A model generated the notes under the pieces. That model did no database searches. It was given only the letters and a program-made list of their open reading frames with translations, and was not told the origin of the DNA. From Candidatus Mycobacterium methanotrophicum (lineage in GTDB: Bacteria; Actinomycetota; Actinomycetes; Mycobacteriales; Mycobacteriaceae), in the NCBI RefSeq assembly GCF_910591625.1, contig NZ_CAJUXY010000041.1: a DNA stretch of 32,000 nucleotides, one strand, 5' to 3'. This document shows, piece by piece, positions 8,046 through 18,298 of the stretch. Position 1 is the stretch's first letter, and the number at the start of each line of letters is the position of its first letter. The translations under genes and the position numbers were made by a program.

Positions 8046-8945
8046 GTGTTGCTGCGGCGTACGGTCGTAAGCGTGACCGCCCACACCCCGGCGCAAGCAT
8101 CCGGAACCCTCGCCCTCGGCGAGCTAACGGTCAACCGGCTCGGCTTCGGCGCAATGCGTCTGACCGGTAAGGGCGTCTGGGGCCCGCCGGCCGATCGCGG
8201 CGAGGCTGTGCGGGTGTTGCGCCGCGCCGTCGAACTCGGCGTCACCTTCATCGACACCGCCGACTCGTACGGTCCCTACATCTGCGAGGACATCATCCAC
8301 GAGGCGCTGCACCCTTATGACGGCCTGGTCATCGCGACCAAGGCCGGGCTGCTGCGCACCGGGCCGGACGTGTGGATTCGGCTGGGCAACCCCAGCTATC
8401 TGCGTCAGGAATGCGAAATGAGCCTGCGGCGCCTCGGCGTCGAGACCATCGACCTGTTTCAGCTGCACCGCATTGACCCCAACTTCCCGCTGGCCGACCA
8501 GGTCGGCGAGCTCGCTGCGCTGCAGAAGGAAGGCAAGATCCGGCATATCGGCCTGTCCGAGGTCGACGTCGACCAGCTCACCGCCGCACAGCAGATCGCC
8601 CCGATCGTGTCGGTGCAGAACATGTACAACCTGGCGGCTCGCACCGCCGAACCGGTGCTGGACGCCGCGACCAAGCAGGGCATCGCGTTTATCCCGTGGT
8701 TCCCACTGGCCGCCGGGCCGCTGGCCGCACCCGATGGTCCGCTGCAGAAGGTCGCGGCCGGCCGCCACGCGACGCCCTCGCAGCTGGCGCTGGCCTGGCT
8801 GTTGAGGCGATCGCCGGTGATGCTGCCGATTCCCGGCACGTCCAGCGTCGCCCACCTGGAGCAGAACGTCGCCGCCGCCGAGATCACGCTGTCCGACGAG
8901 GAATTCGAGACGCTGGGCTCCCTCGGCGCCGCACAGGACAACTAG
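8046..8945 (+). CDS. Aldo/keto reductase family oxidoreductase
   Basis: [10 protein letters not shown]...[17 protein letters not shown]...[17 protein letters not shown]...IRHIGLSEV...[13 protein letters not shown] are AKR signatures. The start may instead be in-frame GTG 8073. Confidence 0.85.
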   Translation: MLLRRTVVSVTAHTPAQASGTLALGELTVNRLGFGAMRLTGKGVWGPPADRGEAVRVLRRAVELGVTFIDTADSYGPYICEDIIHEALHPYDGLVIATKAGLLRTGPDVWIRLGNPSYLRQECEMSLRRLGVETIDLFQLHRIDPNFPLADQVGELAALQKEGKIRHIGLSEVDVDQLTAAQQIAPIVSVQNMYNLAARTAEPVLDAATKQGIAFIPWFPLAAGPLAAPDGPLQKVAAGRHATPSQLALAWLLRRSPVMLPIPGTSSVAHLEQNVAAAEITLSDEEFETLGSLGAAQDN

Positions 8946-8976
8946 CTGCCGCGGCCCGGCGGGCCCCGCCGCGCCG

Positions 8977-9033
8977 CGAGATCTACGTTTTGCAGGTCGC
9001 TTCTCGCGCTTCCTCTGCAAAACGTAGATCTCG
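8977..9033 (+). terminator. Perfect 19-bp inverted repeat (19-nt loop) between the AKR gene and thrS; hairpin terminator or protein-binding palindrome
   Basis: CGAGATCTACGTTTTGCAG (8977-8995) and CTGCAAAACGTAGATCTCG (9015-9033). It starts 32 nt after the AKR stop and has no U-tract. A second 8-bp GC hairpin GGCCTCGG/CCGAGGCC lies at about 9047-9067. Confidence 0.4.
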
Positions 9034-9123
9034 ATGCGTGGCGTCGGCCTCGGGGCCACCGAGGCCCCCCCGATAGCATGGTCGGGTCCGTCTGAACACC
9101 GCAAAGCCATGGAGACCGCGTCG

Positions 9124-11244
9124 ATGACCGCCCTCGCACACCCCGCCCCGGGCCCCGATGGCGGCGACCCGGAGCGCCCGGCTGCGCCGGGCTCCCGATC
9201 GCCGCGAGCCCCGATCCGGGTTCGTGGCGGGACGACCGCGGCCGCCGCGGTTCGCGACGCGGGCCTGCCGGGCCGCGGCGCCCCCGACGCGATCGTGGTG
9301 GTGAAAGACGCCGAGGGCAAGCTGCGCGACTTGAGCTGGATTCCCGCCCAGGACGCCGAGGTCACCCCGGTGGCGGCCAACACCGACGACGGGCGAAGCG
9401 TGATCCGGCACTCGACCGCTCACGTGTTGGCTCAGGCCGTCCAAGGCATGTTCCCGGACGCCAAGCTCGGCATCGGACCGCCGATCACCGACGGCTTCTA
9501 CTACGACTTCGACGTCGCAGAGCCATTCACGCCGGAGGACCTGGAGGCGCTGGAAAAGCGGATGCGTCAGATCCTCAAGGAGGGGCAGCTGTTCTCCCGG
9601 CGGGTCTACGAATCCAAGGAGCAGGCACGCGAGGAGCTGGCAAGCGAGCCCTACAAGCTCGAACTCGTCGACGACAAGTCCGTCGGGGCCGAGTCGATGG
9701 CCGAAATAATGGAGGTCGGCGGCGACGAGCTCACCGCTTACGACAACCTCAATCCCCGTACCCGGGCACGGGTTTGGGGCGATTTGTGCCGCGGACCGCA
9801 CATCCCGACGACCAAGCACATCCCGGCATTCAAGCTGACCAGAAGTTCGGCCGCCTATTGGCGCGGCGATCAGAACAACGCCAGCTTGCAGCGCATCTAC
9901 GGCACCGCGTGGGAGTCGGCCGAGGCGCTTGAGCGCCATCTGCAGTTGGTCGAGGAAGCGACGCGTCGCGATCACCGCAAGCTGGGCGCCGAGCTGGACT
10001 TGTTCAGCTTCCCCGACGAAATTGGTTCTGGGCTAGCGGTTTTCCACCCCCGGGGCGGCATCGTGCGCCGAGAGCTGGAGGAATACTCGCGGCGCAAGCA
10101 CATCGAGGCCGGCTACGAATTCGTCAACACCCCGCACATCACCAAGGCGCAGCTATTCCACACGTCGGGCCACTTGGACTGGTACGCCGACGGCATGTTC
10201 CCGCCGATGCACCTCGACGCCGAGCTGGACGACGACGGGACCGTGCGCAAGCCAGGGCAGGACTACTACCTCAAGCCGATGAACTGCCCGATGCACACGC
10301 TGATCTTCGCCGCGCGGGGCCGGTCGTATCGCGAGCTTCCGTTGCGGCTCTTCGAGTTCGGCACCGTCTACCGCTACGAGAAATCCGGTGTGGTGCACGG
10401 GCTGACCCGGGCGCGCGGCTTCACGATGGACGATTCGCACATCTTCTGCAGCCGCGAGCAGCTTCACGACGAACTGGCATCGCTGCTGCGGTTCGTGCTC
10501 GAGTTGCTGGCCGACTACGGGTTGGAGGACTTCTATCTGGAGCTGTCCACCAAGGATCCGGAGAAGTTCGTCGGCTCCGACGAGATGTGGGAGCAAGCCA
10601 CCGACTCGCTGGCTGACGTGGCGGCGGAGTCCGGGCTGGAATTGGTGCCCGACCCGGGCGGCGCGGCCTTCTACGGCCCGAAGATCTCCGTGCAGGCCCG
10701 CGACGCGCTGGGCCGCAGCTGGCAGATGTCGACCATCCAGGTCGACTTCAACTTCCCGGAGCGTTTCGAGCTGGAATACACCGCCGCCGACGGTTCGCGG
10801 CGGCGGCCGGTGATGATCCACCGTGCGCTGTTCGGCTCGATCGAGCGGTTTTTCGGCGTCCTCACCGAGCACTACGCCGGCGCGTTTCCGGCGTGGCTCG
10901 CGCCCGTCCAGGTGGTCGGCATCCCGGTGGCTGACGGTCATGTGTCGTATTTGGAAGATGTCGCCGCGCAGCTTAAGTCGCAGGGGGTGCGGGCCGAGGT
11001 GGATTCCAGCGACGATCGGATGGCCAAGAAGATCGTCAACCACACCAACCAGAAGGTGCCGTTCATGCTGCTCGCCGGCGACCGCGACGTCGAGGCCGGC
11101 GCGGTGAGCTTCCGATTCGGCGACCGCACGCAAATCAACGGAGTTCCACGAGACGACGCGGTGGCCGCCATTACCCGGTGGATAGCTGATCGTGAAAATG
11201 CCGCTCCCACTGCTGATCTGGTCAAGGCGAAGCGTCGTGGCTGA
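9124..11244 (+). CDS. thrS: Threonine--tRNA ligase
   Basis: Collinear with mycobacterial ThrS (…[21 protein letters not shown]…[12 protein letters not shown]…RDHRKLG…[10 protein letters not shown]…MNCPMH…[11 protein letters not shown]…). ORF 9034 is trimmed to ATG 9124, which has GGAG 8 nt upstream. ATG 9109 is the alternative. Confidence 0.95.
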   Translation: MTALAHPAPGPDGGDPERPAAPGSRSPRAPIRVRGGTTAAAAVRDAGLPGRGAPDAIVVVKDAEGKLRDLSWIPAQDAEVTPVAANTDDGRSVIRHSTAHVLAQAVQGMFPDAKLGIGPPITDGFYYDFDVAEPFTPEDLEALEKRMRQILKEGQLFSRRVYESKEQAREELASEPYKLELVDDKSVGAESMAEIMEVGGDELTAYDNLNPRTRARVWGDLCRGPHIPTTKHIPAFKLTRSSAAYWRGDQNNASLQRIYGTAWESAEALERHLQLVEEATRRDHRKLGAELDLFSFPDEIGSGLAVFHPRGGIVRRELEEYSRRKHIEAGYEFVNTPHITKAQLFHTSGHLDWYADGMFPPMHLDAELDDDGTVRKPGQDYYLKPMNCPMHTLIFAARGRSYRELPLRLFEFGTVYRYEKSGVVHGLTRARGFTMDDSHIFCSREQLHDELASLLRFVLELLADYGLEDFYLELSTKDPEKFVGSDEMWEQATDSLADVAAESGLELVPDPGGAAFYGPKISVQARDALGRSWQMSTIQVDFNFPERFELEYTAADGSRRRPVMIHRALFGSIERFFGVLTEHYAGAFPAWLAPVQVVGIPVADGHVSYLEDVAAQLKSQGVRAEVDSSDDRMAKKIVNHTNQKVPFMLLAGDRDVEAGAVSFRFGDRTQINGVPRDDAVAAITRWIADRENAAPTADLVKAKRRG

Positions 11245-11788
11245 GGGCGACTCGATCATCGACCGAGGTGTCGGTGAATCCGACCACCTGCAGCGGTTGT
11301 GGACGCCCTACCGGATGAGCTACCTGGCCGAGGGGCCGCCGAAGCAGGACATCGGCAGCCGCGAGCAGCCGTTCTCCGACATCCCGCAGCTGCCCGACGA
11401 GGACGGCCTGGTGGTCGCCCGGGGTGAACTGGTCTACGCCGTGCTCAACCTCTACCCGTACAACCCCGGACATTTGATGGTGGTGCCGTATCGGCGGGTA
11501 GCCGAACTGGAAGATCTCACCGACAAGGAGAGCGCGGAGCTGATGGCGTTCGTGCAGAAGGCGATTCGGGTCATCAAGAACGTGTCCCGGCCGCACGGCT
11601 TCAATGTGGGCTTGAACCTGGGGGCGTCGGCGGGCGGTTCACTGGCCGAACATCTGCATGTGCACGTGGTGCCGCGCTGGGGCGGCGACGCCAACTTCAT
11701 CACGATCATCGGCGACTCCAAGGTGATCCCGCAGCTGCTGCGCGACACCCGTCGTCTGCTGGCTGCCGAGTGGGCCCGGCAATCATGA
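11237..11788 (+). CDS. HIT-family nucleotide hydrolase/phosphorylase (Rv2613c-like Ap4A phosphorylase)
   Basis: GTG 11237 overlaps the thrS stop by 8 nt. Contains [15 protein letters not shown] and the histidine-triad [12 protein letters not shown]. Confidence 0.9.
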   Translation: MAEGDSIIDRGVGESDHLQRLWTPYRMSYLAEGPPKQDIGSREQPFSDIPQLPDEDGLVVARGELVYAVLNLYPYNPGHLMVVPYRRVAELEDLTDKESAELMAFVQKAIRVIKNVSRPHGFNVGLNLGASAGGSLAEHLHVHVVPRWGGDANFITIIGDSKVIPQLLRDTRRLLAAEWARQS

Positions 11789-11849
11789 GTGGGCAACCGT
11801 GAGCGCGCCGGCGACGATGCGCAGCGATGAGCAGGGTCGGCGCCATTGA
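11785..11849 (+). repeat. MIRU-like intergenic element made of two chained mini-ORFs
   Basis: The HIT stop overlaps an ATG (ATGA, 11785-11788), opening a 5-codon ORF. Its stop overlaps a GTG (GTGA, 11799-11802), opening a 16-codon ORF, VSAPATMRSDEQGRRH. That ORF's stop overlaps the pgsA1 TTG (TTGA, 11846-11849). The core GCGCCGGCGACGATGCGCAGCGATGAGCAGG resembles the MIRU consensus as I remember it. Confidence 0.5.
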
Positions 11850-12511
11850 GCAAGCTGCTGTCGCGTGAGGGCGTCGCGCGGGTCACCGCACCGGCGGCTC
11901 GGGGGTTCCTGCGGGCCGGCTTCACCGCCAACGGCGTCACGATCGTCGCCGCCGCCGCCGCCGTGCTCGCGGCGCTGACGCTGTTTCCGACCGGCCGGCT
12001 GTTCGCCGGCGCGTTGGTGATCTGGTTTTTCGTGATGTTCGACCTGATCGACGGGGCGATGGCGCGCGAAAGCGGCGGCGGCACCCGGTTCGGCGCCGTG
12101 CTGGACGCCACCTGCGACCGCATCAGCGACGGCGCGGTGTTCTGCGGGCTGGCGTGGTGGGCGGCCTTCGGCATGCGCAGCGCGTCGCTGGTGGTGGCGA
12201 CGTTGATCTGCTTGGTCACCTCGCAGGTGATCTCCTACATCAAGGCCCGCGCCGAAGCCAGCGGGCTGCGCGGCGACGGCGGCTTCATCGAACGGCCGGA
12301 ACGGTTGATCACCGTGCTCGTCGGAGCGGGATTATCGGACCTGCCGGTGTTTCCGTTGCCGTGGGCGCTGCACGTGGCGATGTGGCTGCTCGCGGTGGCC
12401 AGCATGATCACCTGTGCTCAGCGGTTGCACACGGTGCGCCATTCGCCCGGTGCGGCCGATCCGATGCCCCCGGCCGGCCGGGCGCAGGAACCGGGGAAGA
12501 GCGAGCCGTGA
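11846..12511 (+). CDS. pgsA1: Phosphatidylinositol synthase (CDP-alcohol phosphatidyltransferase)
   Basis: CDP-alcohol motif DLIDGAMARESGGGTRFGAVLDATCDRISD. Collinear with M. tuberculosis PgsA1 (...LICLVTSQVISYIKARAEASGLRGDGGFIERPERL...). Confidence 0.9.
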   Translation: MSKLLSREGVARVTAPAARGFLRAGFTANGVTIVAAAAAVLAALTLFPTGRLFAGALVIWFFVMFDLIDGAMARESGGGTRFGAVLDATCDRISDGAVFCGLAWWAAFGMRSASLVVATLICLVTSQVISYIKARAEASGLRGDGGFIERPERLITVLVGAGLSDLPVFPLPWALHVAMWLLAVASMITCAQRLHTVRHSPGAADPMPPAGRAQEPGKSEP

Positions 12512-13437
12512 ATTTAGTCAGCGGCTCCCGGCTCGTCGACTGGGGTTATGCGGCCGGCTGGGTGGCGGTGCGCGCGATGCCGGAATTCGCCGCCCGCAGC
12601 GCTTTTGACGCCGCGGCGCTCGTCGCGTCCCGCAACGGGGGACCGGCTCAACTACGCAAGAATCTGGCCCGCGTCATCGGGGTTGCGCCGATTGACGTGC
12701 CCGACAGGCTCATGCGGGCGTCGCTGGCGTCCTATGCCCGCTACTGGCGCGAGGCGTTCCGGTTGCCGACGATGGACCATCGCGCGATCGGCGAAGACCT
12801 CGCCAAAACGGTTGTCGGCGACGAACATCTGGACGCGGCGCTGGCGGCGGGTCGCGGCGCGGTGCTGGCGTTGCCGCACAGCGGCAACTGGGATATGGCC
12901 GGGGTGTGGTTGGTCCAGACTCGCGGCAAGTTCACCACTGTGGCCGAACGGCTCAAACCCGAGTCGCTCTACCGGCGGTTCACCGGCTATCGGCAGAGTC
13001 TGGGCTTCGAGGTTATCCCGCTGTCCGGCGGGCAGCAGCCACCGTTCGAGCTGCTGCGCCAACGACTGCGGGACAACAAGGTTGTCGGTCTGATAGCCGA
13101 CCGCGACCTCGCCCGCACCGGTGTCCAGGTCGATTTCTTCGGCGAGCCGACCAGGATGCCGGCCGGTCCGGCGAAGCTGGCGGCGTCAACCGGGGCGGCC
13201 CTGCTGCCGGTGCACTGCTGGTATGAGTCCGACCGCACCCGAATCGAGATCTTTTCGCCGCTGGATTGCGGCGGGGACGTCGGCGCCATCACCCAGGCGC
13301 TGGCCGACGTCTTCGCCCGCAACATCGCCGAGTACCCCGCCGACTGGCATATGCTGCAGCCGCAGTGGCTCGCGGATCTGCGCCCGGCGACGATGCGGGC
13401 CGGAACGCCCCGAGGAGAAGCCGGGCGATGGGCCTAG
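12508..13437 (+). CDS. patA: Phosphatidylinositol mannoside acyltransferase (lauroyl/myristoyl acyltransferase family, Rv2611c-like)
   Basis: GTG 12508 overlaps the pgsA1 stop (GTGA). ASYARYWREAFRLPTM...ALPHSGNWDMAG...TVAERLKPESLY...DFFGEPTRMPAGPAKLA...ADWHMLQPQW matches PatA. Confidence 0.85.
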   Translation: MNLVSGSRLVDWGYAAGWVAVRAMPEFAARSAFDAAALVASRNGGPAQLRKNLARVIGVAPIDVPDRLMRASLASYARYWREAFRLPTMDHRAIGEDLAKTVVGDEHLDAALAAGRGAVLALPHSGNWDMAGVWLVQTRGKFTTVAERLKPESLYRRFTGYRQSLGFEVIPLSGGQQPPFELLRQRLRDNKVVGLIADRDLARTGVQVDFFGEPTRMPAGPAKLAASTGAALLPVHCWYESDRTRIEIFSPLDCGGDVGAITQALADVFARNIAEYPADWHMLQPQWLADLRPATMRAGTPRGEAGRWA

Positions 13438-13468
13438 ACGAGCGACCGGGCCGATTGGCGGGGACCTG

Positions 13469-14593
13469 ATGCGAATCGGCATGGTGTGTCCGTACTCGTT
13501 CGATGTGCCGGGCGGGGTGCAGTCGCATGTGTTGCAGCTGGCCGAGGTGATGCGCGCCCGCGGTCACGACGTCAGCGTGCTGGCGCCGTCGTCGCCGCAT
13601 GTCTTACTGCCCGAATACGTCGTCTCCGCCGGCAGGGGCGTGCCGATTCCCTACAACGGCTCGGTGGCCCGGCTGCAGTTCAGCCCGGCCGTACACGGCA
13701 AGGTCAGGCGCTGGCTGGCCGACGGCGACTTCGACGTGCTGCATCTGCACGAGCCCAACGCGCCGAGCCTGTCGATGTGGGCGCTGCGGCTGGCCGAGGG
13801 CCCGATCGTGGCGACCTTTCACACCTCGACCACCAAGTCGCTGACGCTGACGGTCTTCCAGGGTGTGCTGCGGCCCTGGCATGAGAAGATCGTCGGCCGG
13901 ATCGCGGTCTCCGACCTGGCCCGGCGCTGGCAGATGGAAGCGCTGGGTTCGGACGCGGTCGAGATTCCCAACGGCGTCGACGTGGCCTCGTATGCCAACG
14001 CGCCACTGCTCGCCGGGTATCCGCGGCCCGGCAAGACGGTGTTGTTCTTGGGCCGCTACGACGAACCCCGCAAGGGCATGGCGGTGCTGATCCGGGCGCT
14101 GCCCGCCCTGGTCGAACACCTTCGGAGTGTCCAGGTGCTGATCGTGGGCCGCGGCGATGAAGACGAAGTGCGCGGCAAAGCCGGCGGGTTGGCGGGCCAC
14201 CTGCGCTTCCTGGGTCAACTGGACGACGCCGCCAAGGCGTCGGCGCTGCGCAGCGCCGACGCCTACTGTGCGCCGCACACCGGCGGGGAGAGTTTCGGCA
14301 TCGTGCTGGTTGAGGCGATGGCGGCCGGCACGCCGGTGGTGGCCAGCGATCTGCACGCGTTCCGGCGGGTGCTGCTTGACGGTGATGCGGGTCGACTGGT
14401 GCCGGTCGAAGACAGCGCCGCGCTGGCGGCCGGCCTGGTCGCGGTGCTGGGAGACGATCGGCTGGCCAAGCGCTACATCGCGGCGGGCGCCGACGCGGTG
14501 CGCCGCTACGACTGGTCGGTGGTGGCCAACCAGATCATGCGGGTCTACGAGACGGTCGCTGCCGCCGGGAACAAGGTGCAGGTGGCCAGCTGA
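13469..14593 (+). CDS. pimA: GDP-mannose-dependent alpha-(1-2)-phosphatidylinositol mannosyltransferase
   Basis: MRIGMVCPYSFDVPGGVQSHVLQLAEVMRARGH...GESFGIVLVEAMAAGTPVVASDL... is near-identical in pattern to M. tuberculosis PimA (GT4). Confidence 0.95.
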   Translation: MRIGMVCPYSFDVPGGVQSHVLQLAEVMRARGHDVSVLAPSSPHVLLPEYVVSAGRGVPIPYNGSVARLQFSPAVHGKVRRWLADGDFDVLHLHEPNAPSLSMWALRLAEGPIVATFHTSTTKSLTLTVFQGVLRPWHEKIVGRIAVSDLARRWQMEALGSDAVEIPNGVDVASYANAPLLAGYPRPGKTVLFLGRYDEPRKGMAVLIRALPALVEHLRSVQVLIVGRGDEDEVRGKAGGLAGHLRFLGQLDDAAKASALRSADAYCAPHTGGESFGIVLVEAMAAGTPVVASDLHAFRRVLLDGDAGRLVPVEDSAALAAGLVAVLGDDRLAKRYIAAGADAVRRYDWSVVANQIMRVYETVAAAGNKVQVAS

Positions 14594-15606
14594 TGACATT
14601 CCTGCTGGTCGTCGCGCTGGCCGTGCTGCTGGGGCTGCTGGTCGCGTTCGGCGCCTGGGGCTATCAGACCGCGAACCGGCTGGACCGGTTGCATGTGCGC
14701 TACGACCTGTCCTGGCAGGCCCTCGACAGCGCGTTGGCCCGTCGCGCCGTGGTGGCCCGCGCGGTGGCGGCGAGCTCGGGCGGGCGGCAGCTGGCGGTGC
14801 TGGCCGACGCCGCCGAACGCGCGCCCCGGCAGGCTCGCGAGGCCTGCGAGAACGACCTGTCGGCCGCGCTGGCGATGGTCGATCCGGAATCGATGCCGAC
14901 GGGCCTGATCGCCGAGATGGCCGACGCCGAAGCGCGGGTGCTGCTGGCCCGCCGATTCCACAACGACGCGGTCCGCGACACGCTGGCGCTGCGCGAGAGA
15001 CGCCTGGTTCGATTGCTGCGCTTGGGTGGAACCGCTTCGCTGCCAAGCTATTTCGAGATCGCGGAGCGGTCGCAGGCGCTGCGCCGCGGCGATCACTCCG
15101 CGGCCGTCCGGCGCACCTCGGCGCGGGTGGTGTTGCTCGACGAGACGGGAGCCGTGTTGCTGCTGTGCGGGTCTGACCCGTCGCTTCCGGAAGGGGCGCC
15201 GCGATGGTGGTTCACGGTGGGCGGCCAAGTCGGCGACGACGAGCCGTTGGCTTCGGCCGCCGCCCGCGAGCTGGCCGAGGAGACCGGTCTGCGCGTCGAT
15301 CCCGCTGAGCTGATCGGCCCGATCTGGCGGCGCGATGCGGTGTTCGACTTCAACGGCTCGGCGATCGACAGCGAGGAGTTCTTCTTCGTCTACTGCACCC
15401 AGCGGTTCGAGCCGTCCACCGCCGGGCGGACCGAGCTGGAGAACCGCTACATCCACTGCCACCGCTGGTGCGCCGCCGCCGACATCGCCGAGCTGGTGCT
15501 CGCCGGCGAGACGGTGTATCCGCTGCAGCTCGCTGAACTGCTTGCCGAGGCGGTCGCGCTGGCCGGCGCGCCGGATCGGGCCCGCCCGCTGCAATCCATC
15601 CGCTGA
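14593..15606 (+). CDS. Membrane-anchored NUDIX hydrolase (Rv2609c-like)
   Basis: ATG overlaps the pimA stop (TGATG). One N-terminal TM helix. Nudix box GGQVGDDEPLASAAARELAEETGL fits GX5EX7REUXEEXGU. Confidence 0.8.
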   Translation: MTFLLVVALAVLLGLLVAFGAWGYQTANRLDRLHVRYDLSWQALDSALARRAVVARAVAASSGGRQLAVLADAAERAPRQAREACENDLSAALAMVDPESMPTGLIAEMADAEARVLLARRFHNDAVRDTLALRERRLVRLLRLGGTASLPSYFEIAERSQALRRGDHSAAVRRTSARVVLLDETGAVLLLCGSDPSLPEGAPRWWFTVGGQVGDDEPLASAAARELAEETGLRVDPAELIGPIWRRDAVFDFNGSAIDSEEFFFVYCTQRFEPSTAGRTELENRYIHCHRWCAAADIAELVLAGETVYPLQLAELLAEAVALAGAPDRARPLQSIR

Positions 15607-15789
15607 CGGGCCTACTGCTGCATCGCCAGACGTAAGATGACGTCATGCGCACGCTGGGCCGCGGTGACCGGGGACGTGGCCCGCGTCGGTGGACGGCTCG
15701 CCCGGCGATATCGACGGCCCCGTACTGACATTTCTCCGGCGCAGCCGCATCACTAGACTGGGTTGACACCAGCCAAAAGGAGATCAGCA

Positions 15790-16710
15790 GTGGATACCGC
15801 CGCTTCGGCGAACGGCGCGACCGGCAGCCCGCAGACCGGGACGGCGCGGGTCAAGCGCGGGATGGCCGAGATGCTCAAGGGCGGCGTCATCATGGACGTC
15901 GTCACGCCCGAGCAGGCCCGCCTCGCCGAGGGCGCCGGCGCCGTCGCGGTGATGGCGTTGGAGCGGGTGCCCGCCGATATCCGCGTGCAGGGCGGCGTGT
16001 CGCGGATGAGCGACCCGGACATGATCGAGGGCATCGTCTCCGCGGTCACCATCCCGGTGATGGCCAAGGCCCGCATCGGGCATTTCGTCGAGGCGCAGAT
16101 TTTGCAGAGCCTCGGCGTGGACTACATCGACGAATCCGAAGTGCTGACCCCGGCCGACTACACCCACCACATCGACAAGTGGAAGTTCACCGTGCCGTTC
16201 GTCTGCGGCGCCACCAATCTCGGTGAGGCGCTGCGGCGGATCAACGAGGGCGCGGCGATGATCCGCTCCAAAGGTGAAGCCGGCACCGGCGACGTGTCCA
16301 ACGCCACCACCCATATGCGTGCGATCGGTGCAGAGATCCGTCGGCTGGGATCGGTGTCCGACAGCGAATTGTACGTGGCGGCAAAGGAACTCGCGGCGCC
16401 GTACGACCTCGTCGTGGAGGTGGCGCGGGCCGGCAAGCTGCCGGTCACGCTGTTCACCGCCGGCGGCATCGCGACGCCGGCCGACGCCGCGATGATGATG
16501 CAGCTCGGCGCGGAAGGGGTTTTCGTCGGGTCGGGCATCTTCAAATCCGGTGATCCGGCCCGGCGCGCCGCCGCGATCGTCAAGGCCACCACCTTCTTCG
16601 ACGATCCCGATGTGCTGGCCCGGGTGTCGCGGGGGCTCGGTGAGCCGATGGTCGGCATCAACGTCGAGGAGATCGCCGCGCCGCATCGCCTGGCCGAACG
16701 CGGCTGGTAA
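15790..16710 (+). CDS. pdxS: Pyridoxal 5'-phosphate synthase subunit PdxS
   Basis: ORF 15763 is trimmed to GTG 15790, which has AAGGAG 7 nt upstream. ...[46 protein letters not shown]... is near-identical to mycobacterial PdxS. Confidence 0.95.
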   Translation: MDTAASANGATGSPQTGTARVKRGMAEMLKGGVIMDVVTPEQARLAEGAGAVAVMALERVPADIRVQGGVSRMSDPDMIEGIVSAVTIPVMAKARIGHFVEAQILQSLGVDYIDESEVLTPADYTHHIDKWKFTVPFVCGATNLGEALRRINEGAAMIRSKGEAGTGDVSNATTHMRAIGAEIRRLGSVSDSELYVAAKELAAPYDLVVEVARAGKLPVTLFTAGGIATPADAAMMMQLGAEGVFVGSGIFKSGDPARRAAAIVKATTFFDDPDVLARVSRGLGEPMVGINVEEIAAPHRLAERGW

Positions 16711-16712
16711 GT

Positions 16713-17561
16713 GTGTCGATCGAAAAGATCCTCGATCTCGAGCAACTTGAGGCCGACATCTACCGGGGCAGCGTGTTCAGCCCGGATTCCGGTTACTTTC
16801 AACGCACTTTCGGCGGCCATGTGGCCGGCCAGTCGCTGGTGTCGGCGGTGCGCACCGTCGAGCCGCACTTTCTGGTGCACTCGCTGCACGGGTATTTCAT
16901 CCGGCCCGGAGATGCCAAGGCGCCCACCGTTTTTCTCATCGAGCGGCTGCGCGACGGCGGCTCGTTTTGCACCAGGCGGGTCAACGCCGTCCAGCACGGG
17001 GATACCATCTTTTCGATGTCGGCGTCGTTTCAGACCGATCAGGAGGGTATCCGCCATCAGGATGCGATGCCGTCGGCGCCGCCACCGGAGGATCTGCCGG
17101 GCCTGAAATCGATGAAGGTGTTCGAGGACGCCGGATTTCGTCAGTTCGAGGAGTGGGACGTGCGCGTCGTGCCGCCCGACGAGCTGCAGCGGTTGCCCGG
17201 CAAGGCCTCCCAGCAGCAGGTGTGGTTTCGGCACCGCGATCCGCTGCCCGACGACCCGGTGCTGCACATCTGTGCGCTGGCCTACATGAGCGATCTGACC
17301 CTGCTGGGATCGGCGCAGGTGAATCACCTTGGCGAGCGGTCGCATCTGCAAGTGGCGTCGCTGGACCACGCGATGTGGTTCATGCGGGTGTTCCGGACCG
17401 ACGAGTGGTTGCTCTACGACCAGTCTTCGCCGTCGGCGTGCGGCGGCCGGGCGCTGTGCCAGGGCAAGATCTTCAACCAGTCCGGCGACATGGTCGCCGC
17501 CGTCGTGCAGGAGGGGCTGACCCGCTTCGCGCGCGGATATCGGCCGGCTGCTGGCCCGTGA
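16713..17561 (+). CDS. tesB: Acyl-CoA thioesterase II
   Basis: 282 aa, double hot-dog TesB pattern ([13 protein letters not shown]...[12 protein letters not shown]...ERLRDGGSF...YMSDLTLL...DHAMWFM...). Same position as tesB2 (Rv2605c). Confidence 0.9.
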   Translation: MSIEKILDLEQLEADIYRGSVFSPDSGYFQRTFGGHVAGQSLVSAVRTVEPHFLVHSLHGYFIRPGDAKAPTVFLIERLRDGGSFCTRRVNAVQHGDTIFSMSASFQTDQEGIRHQDAMPSAPPPEDLPGLKSMKVFEDAGFRQFEEWDVRVVPPDELQRLPGKASQQQVWFRHRDPLPDDPVLHICALAYMSDLTLLGSAQVNHLGERSHLQVASLDHAMWFMRVFRTDEWLLYDQSSPSACGGRALCQGKIFNQSGDMVAAVVQEGLTRFARGYRPAAGP

Positions 17562-18154
17562 GCGCCGTGCGGGTCGGGGTGTTAGCGCTGCAGGGCGACA
17601 CTCGCGAACACCTGGCGGCGCTGCGCGAGGCCGGGGCGTCTGCGGCGCCGGTGCGGCGGCGCTCGGAGCTGGACGCCTGTGACGCGTTGGTCATCCCCGG
17701 TGGCGAGTCCACCACGATGAGTCATCTGCTGCGCGACCTTGGTCTGCTGGAGCCGCTCCGCGAGCGGCTGGCCGACGGGTTGCCGGCTTACGGGGCGTGC
17801 GCAGGCATGATCCTGTTGGCCAGCGAGATCCTGGACGCCGGCGCGGACGGCCGCAAGGCTCTGCCGTTGTCCGGAATCGATATGACTGTGCGGCGCAACG
17901 CTTTTGGGCGTCAGGTCGACTCATTCGAAGGCGACGTGGCGTTCAGCGGGTTCGACGACCCGGTGCACGGGGTGTTCATCCGCGCGCCGTGGGCGGAGCG
18001 CTGTGGCGAGGGTGTGCAGGTGTTGGCGACTGCGGCCGGGCACGCCGTCGCAGTGCGACAGGGTCGGGTGCTCGCCACGGCTTTTCACCCGGAGGTGACG
18101 GGGGATCGGCGCATCCACCGGTTGTTCGTCGACATCGTCACCGGGGCGGCGTGA
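17558..18154 (+). CDS. pdxT: Pyridoxal 5'-phosphate synthase glutaminase subunit PdxT
   Basis: GTG 17558 overlaps the tesB stop (GTGA). [13 protein letters not shown]...[11 protein letters not shown]...[11 protein letters not shown]...[11 protein letters not shown]...TAFHPE matches PdxT. Confidence 0.9.
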   Translation: MSAVRVGVLALQGDTREHLAALREAGASAAPVRRRSELDACDALVIPGGESTTMSHLLRDLGLLEPLRERLADGLPAYGACAGMILLASEILDAGADGRKALPLSGIDMTVRRNAFGRQVDSFEGDVAFSGFDDPVHGVFIRAPWAERCGEGVQVLATAAGHAVAVRQGRVLATAFHPEVTGDRRIHRLFVDIVTGAA

Positions 18155-18298
18155 CCGGCGCCGGGCAGCGCCCATCCGGTCACGTTCGAGACTCTGCGGC
18201 TCCTGGGGAAGCCGAGGCGGCGGCCGGTCAAGGGCCAGCCAGCGTCGACGTAGACTCGTCAGGCGAGCTTTTAGAGCAACAGAAGAGGTAGCCAGCAG

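Noticed and set aside
9034-9123. N-terminal extension of thrS (ORF-track start 9034), and the idea that the upstream hairpins form a T-box leader.
   Set aside because: The ThrS alignment begins near [10 protein letters not shown], and GGAG precedes ATG 9124. I could not find the conserved T-box 14-mer or a specifier-loop arrangement, so a T-box call is unsupported.
12154-12507. Long 5' extensions of patA (12154), pimA (13121), pdxT (16967), HIT (11192) and pdxS (15763) in the ORF track.
   Set aside because: The extensions overlap the preceding genes in other frames. Homology to the M. tuberculosis proteins begins at the internal starts, which also form stop/start overlaps or have SD sequences.
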